From: an uncultured virus (IMG/VR IMGVR_UViG_3300042308_001600)
Taxonomy: Duplodnaviria > Heunggongvirae > Uroviricota > Caudoviricetes
Virus record (IMG/VR): IMGVR_UViG_3300042308_001600
Span: 1 to 64,000 of that record
DNA: 64,000 nt
Strand: one strand, 5' to 3'
This document shows, piece after piece, positions 36,707-46,553 of this stretch. The notes under the pieces are model-generated. The model saw nothing but the letters and a program-made list of their open reading frames with translations. It did not search any database and was not told where the DNA came from. Position 1 is the first letter of the stretch, and every line of letters begins with the position of its first letter. Position numbers and translations under genes: made by a program.

Positions 36707-36953
36707 ACTTGACCTCCAGTGAATACCTGACCTTTACACGCCGCAGTAGTCCCAACAGAGCCTTGAGGCTATCCGGTCCGTCTTCCCAGGTGATGATGTG
36801 TGGTGCTTCTCCTTTGCGCCACGGATCCAGCTGGTAGTAGAACCGGCAGATACAGGCATGTGTGGCTTTCTTGAGCGGTGTCTCGATCCACAATGTGATC
36901 GCAGTCACGTTGTTGAGTCCTTGAAGGACGCACTGCATATTCGCTCTGGTCAT
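36684..36953 (-). CDS. hypothetical protein
   Basis: ATGA overlap. Confidence 0.55.
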   Translation of the reverse strand: MTRANMQCVLQGLNNVTAITLWIETPLKKATHACICRFYYQLDPWRKGEAPHIITWEDGPDSLKALLGLLRRVKVRYSLEVKYEQDHDS

Positions 36954-37411
36954 ACCTTGAACCTCAGGGTCACGAGCGTCAGAGGTCCAGAACCCTTCAC
37001 GTTGTCCGCGTCCACAGGTTCCCCGTCGCTGTTGAAGTCACAGGTCGGGTTATCCCCTTCAATGACGTAGTCCTTCTGGTCCTCCTCGGTGATCAGGAGT
37101 GACTCGTCGTTGTCCAGATAGCTCTCATGAGCGTCTTCAAAGCTGGAACCGAACTGCACGTACAGGGGTGGGTCGAAGCAGTCAGCGCAGCAGAACACGA
37201 AGGCCTTGTCACACCAGCTCGATCCCGACGACTCCAAGAGCCCGGATATCCGGACATGATCCGGGAACTCGGTCAGGAACGCCAAGGTGTCCAGACCCGG
37301 TGCCCAAGTGTGCAGTCTGCCATTCAACATCCAAGTGATGCTTGTGATTTTCTCCAACCAGTGCTCGGCATATTCGCCCGGCACACCATTTGTGATGCTT
37401 TTCATGCTCAT
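36950..37411 (-). CDS. acidic hypothetical protein
   Basis: start refined by ATGA overlap. Confidence 0.6.
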   Translation of the reverse strand: MSMKSITNGVPGEYAEHWLEKITSITWMLNGRLHTWAPGLDTLAFLTEFPDHVRISGLLESSGSSWCDKAFVFCCADCFDPPLYVQFGSSFEDAHESYLDNDESLLITEEDQKDYVIEGDNPTCDFNSDGEPVDADNVKGSGPLTLVTLRFKV

Positions 37412-37713
37412 GGGACTTCGCGTAGTACAATGTAGTTCTGACAAAACCTGATCTTCACATGTTCCGGGTTCTCGGCAGTAGCGGGTTCCACGGTGGCGAA
37501 ACGGCTGCACACCGTGAACGGATGTTTGTCCGCTCTAGCGGCATTGAACATCAGACGCTGCAGCGCCGTCACTTGAAAGTACTCGTCTTCTATTTGGCGT
37601 ACAAAAGGTTCACCTATTCGGTCCTGCAGTGCCTCGGTCTGTGACGTGACACTTTGCAGCTCGTAGCGCTTACCACGCTGCACTTGATACCAGGGTATGG
37701 GTTTTTGTTTCAT
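37408..37713 (-). CDS. hypothetical protein
   Basis: ATGA overlaps. Confidence 0.6.
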   Translation of the reverse strand: MKQKPIPWYQVQRGKRYELQSVTSQTEALQDRIGEPFVRQIEDEYFQVTALQRLMFNAARADKHPFTVCSRFATVEPATAENPEHVKIRFCQNYIVLREVP

Positions 37714-38081
37714 GGTAGTCTCAATTTACGAGTCAAGTCTGTGGGGCGGTGCCGCCGCCATACAGTACGTCCTGATGGAGTGCGGTAGTAATTATCAAAA
37801 GCGCCAGGCGTGCCAACAGTACACCACAGCTCGGTTTCATGGTACCTGTGTGTGTCGCCGATCCGCAGGTACTCAAAGCCAATCTGCATCTCAAGGCTCG
37901 TTACTTCCCTGAGGTAGCGTCGGCACCACACGCTGCCGGGTGTCGCTTGCGGACACCGGATTTCCTCCACATCCCACGCAAGCGGTAGAGCATCCAAGTA
38001 CACAGTGTCAGTAACGCGTGTACTCAGCAGCCTAGGTAGATACTTGCGTAATCTATCACGTAACCATTTTGGTGTTCTCAT
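37710..38081 (-). CDS. hypothetical protein
   Basis: ATGA overlaps. Confidence 0.55.
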   Translation of the reverse strand: MRTPKWLRDRLRKYLPRLLSTRVTDTVYLDALPLAWDVEEIRCPQATPGSVWCRRYLREVTSLEMQIGFEYLRIGDTHRYHETELWCTVGTPGAFDNYYRTPSGRTVWRRHRPTDLTRKLRLP

Positions 38082-38494
38082 GTGAGATCAACGCCCTCCG
38101 CTGTTACTTCCAAGTTCAGCTCAGCTGGGTAGCACTTGGACAGACTTGTGAACATATCACCGTAAACCGGCCAGTCGCCATCCCAGAAACCGTCACCTTC
38201 CCCTTGGCTGGTGCACCAGAAGTGCCGCCCTGCGCGGTTGACCTGATGTTTGTCGACTGGCTTCTCGTGGTCAAGGTAGTACCACATCCTGGACCAGAAG
38301 CTCAACGCATGGGCACGCAGGATCAGATGTGCGCGCTCTGTCAGGTCCTTGAAGTCAAAACCACAGGCCTGCAGGGAGCGGTCCCTCGCCATACCAAGAC
38401 CGATATTGTAGTGCTCGTCTGTGCTGGTGTACAGCGCCGCTTCCACCATGGCCTCGTAGAAGGTTTCAAAATCATCAAAGGTTATTGGGTCCAT
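38078..38494 (-). CDS. conserved phage-type hypothetical protein
   Basis: AG..FW.T..G.G.GFWD.DW motif. Confidence 0.7.
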   Translation of the reverse strand: MDPITFDDFETFYEAMVEAALYTSTDEHYNIGLGMARDRSLQACGFDFKDLTERAHLILRAHALSFWSRMWYYLDHEKPVDKHQVNRAGRHFWCTSQGEGDGFWDGDWPVYGDMFTSLSKCYPAELNLEVTAEGVDLT

Positions 38495-38736
38495 TGTCTA
38501 ATTGCCGGGAATCCGGCTGCATCTAGCATGCGCCTCCATTGTTCACCTTGCTCACGCACGGCCACCCGGCCTGAACACTCAGGACCTTCCGGATTTGATC
38601 TTGGTTCAGCTGCATGGTGGAGGTCAAACGTGCGATGCTCATGTGACCACACACCATCTCGGTAAGAGATGGATCGACGACACGCACGACACACTCCGTC
38701 GAGCTCCGTACTGTTGTGTTTGCTTTTTGCACTCAT
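38482..38736 (-). CDS. small hypothetical protein
   Basis: CRAC...W.H...H; ATGA overlap. Confidence 0.5.
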   Translation of the reverse strand: MSAKSKHNSTELDGVCRACRRSISYRDGVWSHEHRTFDLHHAAEPRSNPEGPECSGRVAVREQGEQWRRMLDAAGFPAIRQWTQ

Positions 38737-40751
38737 CCTGCGTGTACCATCTCGGGAGCGTTGCTGCGCACAAGCGCCTCCGCGACCGGAGGGCACACAG
38801 CGTTACCACACATCCGGATCTGCTCTTCCTTGGTCAGCTCCCGGACGACCGTCATACCTGTTGTGGGTTCCCGGTAGATCGCCTGGTTGATAATGTACCC
38901 CTCGGGAAAACCAGATGCACGGAAGAGCTCGCGGGGTGTAAACATCCTGAGTCCGATATCCACGATGGCCAGACCTTGGACAGTCGCGAACTCACCCTCG
39001 AACTCAACCCCGTAGGACCGGAGGAACTTGGCTACCCGAAGCGCGTCCCGGCGGGTCGCTTCAGTCATGGTCGGCACCAACTCGCTGTTGACCAACCCCA
39101 TCCTGGATTTGGTCGTGACGGTGCGGGCGGGATCATTGACATGTTGCCCGTCGGCTTCGGTGCCGTAGTAGGCCATCACGGAGGCAGCCACGAGGGTTTG
39201 CTGGCTGCCGGTGGTGTTGATGGTAGATACCGGGCTGTCCAGCGGCTTCCCGTCCACGACATTGAAGCCACCGTTGTGCTGGGCCACGTAGGCGGCTACG
39301 AGAGCATGCTTGCCGCCGCCAGCTACCACGGTCCCCAGTGGCTTCTCGATGTCCAGAGCACGAGGCTCCTGCCCTTCCCGCTCACCGTAGCCAGTCTGGA
39401 CCAGGGAGGCCGCCACGAGTCCGTGATGGGTGCCCCCGGCGCTGGCGGTGTGCATGGGGGTGTCCACGGCGTCGCCGGTGTTGGTACCCCTCAGTTTGAC
39501 CATACTGGTTGCAACGAGGGCATGATGCCCGCCAGTGGCGATTGTGGGTAACGGTGCTTGGGCATCCGCACCGCTGTGCCCTGTCGTGTTTGTCATCACG
39601 CTGGCAGTTACCAGGGCGAAGTGTCCGCCCTTGACATGCGCACAGGCTGTCCGCATTGGCTCATCTACGGGCATGTTCCGCTTTGAGCTGGCATTGGCAC
39701 ACTCGGTCACGACTGCACTCACGAGAGCCTTCTCGCCCCGGTGCGCTGCCGTGATGGTGTTTGCCGGGAGGTCGATGCTCTCGACCCTGTCACCACCCTG
39801 GTGGGTCAGCGAGACAATGAATGGTCTGGTATTGTTCAGCACGTACTTGTCGATCCCGCGGGCAATGCGGGCCAGTGTCGCGTCCGCAAGAGGGCGCTTG
39901 CACCGTGCCTTCTTGGCCGCCTGTCCGCGCAGGAAGATGGAAGGACAGGGACGCTCCCAGTCGACGCATTCGGCCATGGTATGCCACGGCCTGCGGGTGT
40001 CCCCAGGCTGTAGGGTTGCAGGGTCCGCATGCGTGGGGTTGGGCCACACGATTGGGCGCCCGTCATTCCGGAACACAGCGTAAAGACGCTTACGGATCGT
40101 GGGGGTTCCGTAGTCACAAGCCCTCAACTCACGGGCCTCGAACTTGTACCCGAAGCCCTTGATCATCTCGTCGACATGCACCTGCCCAGCCAGCACCTCC
40201 GCGAAGAACGGTAAGTCAGGATGGTCGGGTGATATCCCGTCCCCCATGCAGTCCAGGAAAGCCTGCCAGGTGCGCCCGCGTGCCTGCGGGTCCGGATACC
40301 ATCCGGGAATCTTGTTCTTAACCATCTTGACCAAGGGTCCCCAGGTTCGGATCTCCTCGACGTTCTCCATGAACATCAACCGCGTACCCGCCTTGGCCCA
40401 GCGCAGCATCACGAGCGTCAGCCCACGAATGCGGGCATCCAGGGGCTGACCACCCTTGGCCTTGCTGAAGTGCGTACAGGATGGACTGAACCATGCCAAC
40501 CCCACAGGCCCGTCCTGTTGGATGATCGGCGCCGGATCCACATCAAAGACATCCTCGATGTGGTGTCGCGTGCCGGGATGGTTGGCCCGGTGCATCCCCA
40601 GCGCGGCGCTGTCGTGATTGACGGCATGGTTGGGGGAGCGCCCCAATGCATTCGCGATTCCAGTACAGGAACCCCCACCGCCGGCAAAGTGTACGACGAC
40701 CTGTTCACGACGCCGAGTCGTGACACCTGGGTGAATGTAATTAGTCTTCAT
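38733..40751 (-). CDS. DNA (cytosine-5) methyltransferase with repeat-expanded variable region
   Basis: FAGGGG (I), SPSC (IV), ENV (VI), G.PT.R.R (VIII), R.FTPRE...GFP (IX), GNAV (X). Confidence 0.92.
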   Translation of the reverse strand: MKTNYIHPGVTTRRREQVVVHFAGGGGSCTGIANALGRSPNHAVNHDSAALGMHRANHPGTRHHIEDVFDVDPAPIIQQDGPVGLAWFSPSCTHFSKAKGGQPLDARIRGLTLVMLRWAKAGTRLMFMENVEEIRTWGPLVKMVKNKIPGWYPDPQARGRTWQAFLDCMGDGISPDHPDLPFFAEVLAGQVHVDEMIKGFGYKFEARELRACDYGTPTIRKRLYAVFRNDGRPIVWPNPTHADPATLQPGDTRRPWHTMAECVDWERPCPSIFLRGQAAKKARCKRPLADATLARIARGIDKYVLNNTRPFIVSLTHQGGDRVESIDLPANTITAAHRGEKALVSAVVTECANASSKRNMPVDEPMRTACAHVKGGHFALVTASVMTNTTGHSGADAQAPLPTIATGGHHALVATSMVKLRGTNTGDAVDTPMHTASAGGTHHGLVAASLVQTGYGEREGQEPRALDIEKPLGTVVAGGGKHALVAAYVAQHNGGFNVVDGKPLDSPVSTINTTGSQQTLVAASVMAYYGTEADGQHVNDPARTVTTKSRMGLVNSELVPTMTEATRRDALRVAKFLRSYGVEFEGEFATVQGLAIVDIGLRMFTPRELFRASGFPEGYIINQAIYREPTTGMTVVRELTKEEQIRMCGNAVCPPVAEALVRSNAPEMVHAG

Positions 40752-40963
40752 GGTCTGTGGTGCAGTACACACGCGAACAGCGCATCCGGGGAATCAGCTA
40801 CCTTGGCGGGGTGCTGTGTCTCACGGCGGTGGTCGTGATCATCGTAGAGTTTCCAGACTCGCGTCTTGGCTTCTTCCTCCGATTCAGCCTCAACGGCAAA
40901 CCTGGCGACTCTTCTGGGGTGATCGTTCGCACCCCATATGTACCAGTGCAGATTTGTGCTCAT
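40748..40963 (-). CDS. small hypothetical protein
   Basis: ATGA overlaps. Confidence 0.55.
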   Translation of the reverse strand: MSTNLHWYIWGANDHPRRVARFAVEAESEEEAKTRVWKLYDDHDHRRETQHPAKVADSPDALFACVLHHRP

Positions 40964-41658
40964 GGCTTCGGAGGTTGGCTGTAGTGGTCCAAGAGATACT
41001 GGGTTTTGCCCAGATGCCGCTGCACCTCCGTGACATCTTCAGGCGCTACCCCGAATATCTTCGCGGCCTTGTCCAGGTAGGGATCACGCCCATCAATGAT
41101 CCGTTCCACGTCTGCCTCTCCACCGGGGTTGTCGTGGTAGTCTGACTCGACGATACAGTTATCAAGGAAGCTGTAGAGTCCAGGCTGCTCCCAGAACTTC
41201 AAAGCCGGGTGGCTACCTGTCCGGTAGTTCGCCGGGTTCTTGGCCCACTTCTTCCGGATGCGCCGGCGCTTACTCCTAGGGAACCTGAACTGGTGCCGCA
41301 TTGAGGCTGCGATGCTCTGTACGGTTGCTGAGAACTTTCGGGAGATCTCATCTTTAAGAGCATTCGTGACCTGCTGATGGAGTAGTGGAGCACCGGCAGC
41401 CCGCACGAGCGCATCGGCTTCCGCCAGCTCCGTGTTTGCGATCCACGATCTAGGCAGTCCCGTGGACTCCTGCGCGGTCTGCATAAACTGCTCCATGAGC
41501 AGCGTCGGCTGACTGCGCCGAGGCGGACACATCAGGATATTCATGTCCAGTTTGAGGATACCATCCCCACCAGGCACGCCGTGTTCCTTGCCTAATCTTT
41601 CCTGCAGGGCTTCATCAAGCCTGCGTGATAGATCATCCATCTTTTGTTCCGGGGTCAT
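40960..41658 (-). CDS. mosaic protein with a basic motif and a family A DNA polymerase finger-like C-terminal fragment
   Basis: QFRFPRSKRRRIRKKW; G.DPY...AAKIFGV..EDVT..QR..GK. Confidence 0.65.
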   Translation of the reverse strand: MTPEQKMDDLSRRLDEALQERLGKEHGVPGGDGILKLDMNILMCPPRRSQPTLLMEQFMQTAQESTGLPRSWIANTELAEADALVRAAGAPLLHQQVTNALKDEISRKFSATVQSIAASMRHQFRFPRSKRRRIRKKWAKNPANYRTGSHPALKFWEQPGLYSFLDNCIVESDYHDNPGGEADVERIIDGRDPYLDKAAKIFGVAPEDVTEVQRHLGKTQYLLDHYSQPPKP

Positions 41659-42347
41659 TGTAGTGCAACTGTGTTCTCCAATCCGCAGCTCTTCGGGAAG
41701 CACAAGGCTCCGCATTCAGGACATTCCTTGTCCGTGTAGATCCCGCCTGGGGTCAGCCGTTGCCAGAGGTCCTTTGCTTCTGGTAGATCGTCCGCGGCAG
41801 CCGTGTACCCGCAGTTGTCGCAGACATAGGGATTCACAGGTTCCTGCTTGTCCTCGGGTTCCTCTTCTTCCTTGAAGGACATCGAGGCATCCCCGCGGAC
41901 TTCGACAAGCAACTCATCCTCCCCGCCGCCTAGCCCCACAACCTTGTAGGTGATGTCCATCAGGAGCGAATCATCCACCAGTGCTTCGCTGAGCAGGTCC
42001 AGCCAACCCTCAAGGTCGTTGTCGACGGCATCACTGAGGTGGACGGAAACAATGCCTGAGACCCACCCATCCTCATCCATGTCTCGCCGGGTCAATGGCT
42101 TCGTGATGGGCGTGGGGCTCTTGCTGGTCAGCACCTCTAGCTTGGCTTCTGCAATCTCAGCACGACGGCACCACACCGATACCGCGCAAGGTATACTCTG
42201 TTTGAAATCGACTGGCATCCAGGCATGTGCGGCATTGAAGCTGCCACACTTCCAACCACGCCAACCACGAACCCAACCTGGGTCCAGCTCTGCCCCACAA
42301 CCAGGACAAGGCCCCAGGTACGGTGTGCCTTTGACGGGTACGTTCAT
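41655..42347 (-). CDS. multi-Zn-ribbon acidic protein
   Basis: CPGC, CDNC...CPECG. Confidence 0.65.
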   Translation of the reverse strand: MNVPVKGTPYLGPCPGCGAELDPGWVRGWRGWKCGSFNAAHAWMPVDFKQSIPCAVSVWCRRAEIAEAKLEVLTSKSPTPITKPLTRRDMDEDGWVSGIVSVHLSDAVDNDLEGWLDLLSEALVDDSLLMDITYKVVGLGGGEDELLVEVRGDASMSFKEEEEPEDKQEPVNPYVCDNCGYTAAADDLPEAKDLWQRLTPGGIYTDKECPECGALCFPKSCGLENTVALQ

Positions 42348-42739
42348 GCTCTTGCTGGTACCTCCAGCGTAGCCTCTGCCTCTGCTTTCGCAGCGGCAGC
42401 CCTGTCCATCTGAGCTACGAAATCCTTGATCATCTCGATGGCCTTAATGCAATCCTGGCGTTTGGGTTCTTGACCTTTGTTAACCTCAATGTGCTCATAG
42501 ATCATCTTGGCATCACAGGTGCTGGGCAGGTTGGTGTTCCAATCCGCTGCTTCCTTCTGGAACCCAATGCCAATCTGCATGAACTTCGGGAACCCGACGA
42601 TTGCCTGGTCCTCCGATACCGCCACGCGAAATAGCCAGAAGTCCTCATTGAGGGGTGGTGTGATCGAGAAGCCACGATCCGCTAGTGCCCGGCCAGTGTC
42701 ATTGATGGCCTTGTCGTTGATCTGTAGTACAAGTTTCAT
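42344..42739 (-). CDS. hypothetical protein
   Basis: TPP..ED.W.FRV...GFPKF..IGIGF..E.DWNTNLP. Confidence 0.68.
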   Translation of the reverse strand: MKLVLQINDKAINDTGRALADRGFSITPPLNEDFWLFRVAVSEDQAIVGFPKFMQIGIGFQKEAADWNTNLPSTCDAKMIYEHIEVNKGQEPKRQDCIKAIEMIKDFVAQMDRAAAAKAEAEATLEVPARA

Positions 42740-43161
42740 TTTCTGGTTTTCTTGGTGGTTGGTCCTAACAGACGTTCCAAGGCTGTGATCTCACTTTCGA
42801 GTCTCCACTTTCGCTCCTCAAATGCGACCTTCTCATCCTCCAGACGCAAACGTGCGCGCACTATGCAGGCACGTAGCAGATTCTTCCTGCCAGCTTGGGT
42901 CTTGGGTTGTACCCACTTAGCCGAGACATGTACGGCCTCATTATCCCCACGAATCTTCACTTTATAGAAATCGGCGCCGGGGCTGATGACGAAGCTGCGG
43001 TCACGGTGACGTGCCGGATGGTACCAGGCAATATGTCCGCATTCGAGCTGGAGTGTGTTCCAAACAAACCAAACCGCCCGTCCTTTGCGGATCGGGTACT
43101 TGTCTGCCGGCCATTCATTGTAGATGGACACAGGCTGACGCGGGTTAAACTTCTTTTTCAT
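42736..43161 (-). CDS. basic hypothetical protein
   Basis: start refined to MKKKF. Confidence 0.55.
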   Translation of the reverse strand: MKKKFNPRQPVSIYNEWPADKYPIRKGRAVWFVWNTLQLECGHIAWYHPARHRDRSFVISPGADFYKVKIRGDNEAVHVSAKWVQPKTQAGRKNLLRACIVRARLRLEDEKVAFEERKWRLESEITALERLLGPTTKKTRK

Positions 43162-43321
43162 TCCGGAAAGTTGTGATGTACACCAGATCAGCCCCGCGAT
43201 GGGCCAGTACGTCCACCCATTTGCCCGCCGCGGATTGTACAAGCGTCACACGCTCGGCCGCTTCATAGACCACACGCCGGAACGTCGGGGTGTTTGCTGG
43301 TAGAGGCTGAATGCCTGTCAT
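43145..43321 (-). CDS. small hypothetical protein
   Basis: ATGA overlap. Confidence 0.5.
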   Translation of the reverse strand: MTGIQPLPANTPTFRRVVYEAAERVTLVQSAAGKWVDVLAHRGADLVYITTFRNEKEV

Positions 43322-43485
43322 GCTGTTGTTTCGCTTTTGTCGACAATGTTCCACGTCGGGTAGAACCCACTCGTACATCCAGTACGCATCAGCCGTAACA
43401 CTTCGGCGACGATCGTTTCGTCGTCATGCTCCTCACCTTCATTGGTGTTGTTCTCCAGCTGGATTGTCAGGACGCGGTTACTCAT
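43318..43485 (-). CDS. small hypothetical protein
   Basis: G.TSG..P.W motif. Confidence 0.5.
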   Translation of the reverse strand: MSNRVLTIQLENNTNEGEEHDDETIVAEVLRLMRTGCTSGFYPTWNIVDKSETTA

Positions 43486-43972
43486 CAGCATCCCGGCAGG
43501 CTTCTTCCTCAATGATCTCTAGCTCGCTGGCTAGAACCTCACTGGTCCAACCGTCTTCCAGGGACAGCAGTACAAGGTGATCAGCAACCTGTACGGTCTT
43601 GATGATACCCTCCTTGTGACAGGCATTCTCGATACCATCCATGACGTCAGGGTCATACCACTTGACCCGAACTCCAGGTTTCAACCGTGCTATGACCCGC
43701 TCGTCCCGTTGGTCAGCTGCGGGTAATTCACTCTCCAGCGAATACCAGGTTATCCCATATGACGCGTCCTGGTTGTGATTAGCACGCTCCAGGATGTACC
43801 CGATCTCCTCGTCATCGAGGGTTGGCTGCAGGCGTTCACCACGATCAGCTTGCGTATCACGGTGCTGTCGCATCACCGTCACGACATCCGGGGGCGTCCA
43901 CAGGGCCCACGCACAGGCCATGTCATCAGGGTAGGAGCTGAGATGCTCCCGCAGTTCTTTAATGGATGGCAT
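43478..43972 (-). CDS. hypothetical protein
   Basis: start refined to MPSIK. Confidence 0.6.
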   Translation of the reverse strand: MPSIKELREHLSSYPDDMACAWALWTPPDVVTVMRQHRDTQADRGERLQPTLDDEEIGYILERANHNQDASYGITWYSLESELPAADQRDERVIARLKPGVRVKWYDPDVMDGIENACHKEGIIKTVQVADHLVLLSLEDGWTSEVLASELEIIEEEACRDADE

Positions 43973-44405
43973 CTTGCTTGGTGGTTTCGTCAACCTGACA
44001 GAATGTGGAAGCCGCATAGGCGCGTAGCATTTCACATTCTAGCTTACCGTGATCTGTAAAGCCCTCAGCGTTCCAATACGATTTCGTGTCGTGCAGACAC
44101 TGCAGCCGATCCCAGAACTCCGTCTTTCTGGCAAGATGCTCCACCTCAGGTCGCAGCCGCCCACTACCGTGCAGATTGTCTGAGGCTTGCCTGCCCTCCC
44201 TGAGTGCTTCCACCTCATCCTCTGCCACGAAGATCGCAAAGGCACAGCGTCTACCCTCTGGTCCACGGTAGAGACATCTTGTTTCATGCTCTTGGCCTGT
44301 GTAGTGCGGATTCAGGGATCTCCTGGAAGGGTCGCTCCCAAAGTATTCAACCACGAAATCGACCACGTCGACGGCGCTCATTTTCGGTTTAGGTAATGGT
44401 ATCAT
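43959..44405 (-). CDS. hypothetical protein
   Basis: CLYR...G.RCA...LQ.LHD...W. Confidence 0.62.
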   Translation of the reverse strand: MIPLPKPKMSAVDVVDFVVEYFGSDPSRRSLNPHYTGQEHETRCLYRGPEGRRCAFAIFVAEDEVEALREGRQASDNLHGSGRLRPEVEHLARKTEFWDRLQCLHDTKSYWNAEGFTDHGKLECEMLRAYAASTFCQVDETTKQDAIH

Positions 44406-44859
44406 TGTTGCTTGTGGTTGAGGCTTCCATCCAAGCCTTGGTGGCCTTCAGTTCCGCGAGCATCGGTGCAGTGTTACCTTTGTACATGGCTACATGCCAG
44501 GGAGATTTTAGCGAGTCAGGCGTGCCCTGCTTGTCTTCATAACAAGGAACATCATCACGGAACTGGTACAGGGGACAACCCACACAGTTGTGACCCTTGG
44601 TTGGCGGCCAAACCGCCAGACACAGCGCACAGTTGGCTCCGCTGATTTGCATGACCTCCTCCCCTTCCTTTGTCATGATGTCCGTCATCTGCAACTCCAA
44701 CCCATACTTGGCCAGTGCCTCTGGTTGGAGTCCTTCCCATTTCAAGATGGAGTGATCTATGTAGTGCATGTGATCACTGCTGCGCCGCAGCAATTCATCA
44801 GCCGTTTCCGGATAGTACTCAAGGCACCACCCTTCGAAGTCACTTTTTGTTTCGACCAT
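44389..44859 (-). CDS. Cys-rich hypothetical protein
   Basis: HS..KWEG...CALC...C..CPL...C. Confidence 0.62.
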   Translation of the reverse strand: MVETKSDFEGWCLEYYPETADELLRRSSDHMHYIDHSILKWEGLQPEALAKYGLELQMTDIMTKEGEEVMQISGANCALCLAVWPPTKGHNCVGCPLYQFRDDVPCYEDKQGTPDSLKSPWHVAMYKGNTAPMLAELKATKAWMEASTTSNNDTIT

Positions 44860-45031
44860 GCTTGTTGTCCTTTACGTCGCCTGCCAGCCCGCTCAACAGC
44901 TTCTCACGATGGCGGAAGAAACCACGCAGGAAGAAATGTAATGGCACCTCCTCGACCTCTGGAACATCAGCACTGGTCACAATCACGGTGGGGGTAATGA
45001 AAACCCGTTCAGGTTCGAAGTCAGCTGGCAT
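44840..45031 (-). CDS. small hypothetical protein
   Basis: part of the array. Confidence 0.5.
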   Translation of the reverse strand: MPADFEPERVFITPTVIVTSADVPEVEEVPLHFFLRGFFRHREKLLSGLAGDVKDNKHGRNKK

Positions 45032-45034
45032 GTA

Positions 45035-45295
45035 TCACCAACCCGCCTTGATTTCTGCTTCCACGGACCGGTACGCATTGAGCACAATTTCACGATGCGG
45101 TATATCCGGCGACCAACAGCGTCCATTGTAGCTAATCCGCGCTACCTTACGGTCGCCGTCCTGTACATAGACTTCTGGCATGTCGCGAGCTCCGAGACCG
45201 TTTGCGTCACGGTACCAACACCAAGCGGCAGACGCTTCTTCCAGGTTAGCCACGGTACGGCTCACCTCTGATCCTATGTGTAGTACAAGACTCAT
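45035..45295 (-). CDS. conserved phage-type hypothetical protein
   Basis: EAS.....RD..G.GA...ARISYNGR.W. Confidence 0.65.
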   Translation of the reverse strand: MSLVLHIGSEVSRTVANLEEASAAWCWYRDANGLGARDMPEVYVQDGDRKVARISYNGRCWSPDIPHREIVLNAYRSVEAEIKAGW

Positions 45296-45573
45296 GTAGT
45301 TTGTTCCACTGCCTCGGTCCAAAGGACACGCGCCAACACCTCCAGCCGCAACTGCAGCGGTACATCAAGTCCGCAACTGCAGTTGTGGACGTAATAGATA
45401 TCCTCCAGGACGTCTCCTCCCTGATGGATCTCAGCACGCAGGTGTCCTTGCTCGTTTTCGAGGCGCCAGCACTTGCGACCGTCTGACCTGTCCGACTTTG
45501 CCCACCTAACACGCCACTGCTCTGCGTTACCCTCATTCAAGGCCAGCAAGGCTGCGCTTAATTCAGCGGACAT
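45292..45573 (-). CDS. hypothetical protein
   Basis: part of the array. Confidence 0.55.
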   Translation of the reverse strand: MSAELSAALLALNEGNAEQWRVRWAKSDRSDGRKCWRLENEQGHLRAEIHQGGDVLEDIYYVHNCSCGLDVPLQLRLEVLARVLWTEAVEQTT

Positions 45574-45575
45574 GG

Positions 45576-46553
45576 TTAGGGTTTAATTTGGTGTGCATAC
45601 TCGGGATGTTGGGCCAGCCACTGAAGCATGTCATGCGCACCACGTTGCGCTTCTCCTACGCAGGTATCACACAACCCAGGCTTCTGGTCGTCAAACAGCT
45701 CTGCGCCGCAACGCACGCAGAACCGGTCCTCATGCTTGACTGCTCCTCGTGGTGCTTCGGGTCCATCCCGTTTCGAGTCCCAGGTGTGTAGATTATTGAG
45801 ACCATCGTGGAACCGCCAGATGATCAGGATTTCACCCAGGAAATCCATGACCAGATTACCATCCAGATGGGACACGACCCCCAACGTCTTGCCGGTCTCC
45901 TTGTTGCGAATCACCTCACCGTGTTTGGGTGCGTACCCGATCCAGTTGAGGTTGGGTGTTGGGTTTCCCTGTGTGATATGTCCTTGTCCCATGAACTCTC
46001 GTATGTCCTCAATGAAGATCTCCGTGTAGGCATTGGTACCTGTGGGGGATTCACGATTCGAGAGAATCTCACACAGGGGTGCCTGGAAGAGCGTGGTCAG
46101 GAAGGTCTTGCGCATGTGCCGCCACTCTCCAGCTCGCACAAACTGAATCCCCTTCCACCAGGTCCAGTGGTTCTTGTCCCACCCACGCGGCAGGATGACA
46201 GGCTCGATCCTGCTTGGTTCCATGTTCCAGAATCGCCGGGCAATCACATCCAAGAGTGCATGGGGGAGTGATTCTCCCTCGTGGTCCTCCCCGGTCAGGA
46301 ACAGCGTCGATGGATAGAAGGCACCACAGCCAAGGTCACTCCCGTGGGTAATGATGTGCTCCTGTTTCTTCGCATCGTACTTCTCCACCCCGAGACACCG
46401 GTACTCAGCGCCGTCACTGGTCTCCCTGGCGTACTCGCCCATGTGGTGTCCAACCTCATGGTGCTCCCGATCATGCAGATCGTATCGGGTCAGCAGGGCC
46501 GCGTGCGGGGCAAACTCGAATACCAACGTGGCTGTCTGAGGCTCACTGATCAT
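45576..46553 (-). CDS. hypothetical multi-module protein with C-terminal CxxC pair
   Basis: 325 aa; CVRC...CDTC. Confidence 0.68.
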   Translation of the reverse strand: MISEPQTATLVFEFAPHAALLTRYDLHDREHHEVGHHMGEYARETSDGAEYRCLGVEKYDAKKQEHIITHGSDLGCGAFYPSTLFLTGEDHEGESLPHALLDVIARRFWNMEPSRIEPVILPRGWDKNHWTWWKGIQFVRAGEWRHMRKTFLTTLFQAPLCEILSNRESPTGTNAYTEIFIEDIREFMGQGHITQGNPTPNLNWIGYAPKHGEVIRNKETGKTLGVVSHLDGNLVMDFLGEILIIWRFHDGLNNLHTWDSKRDGPEAPRGAVKHEDRFCVRCGAELFDDQKPGLCDTCVGEAQRGAHDMLQWLAQHPEYAHQIKP

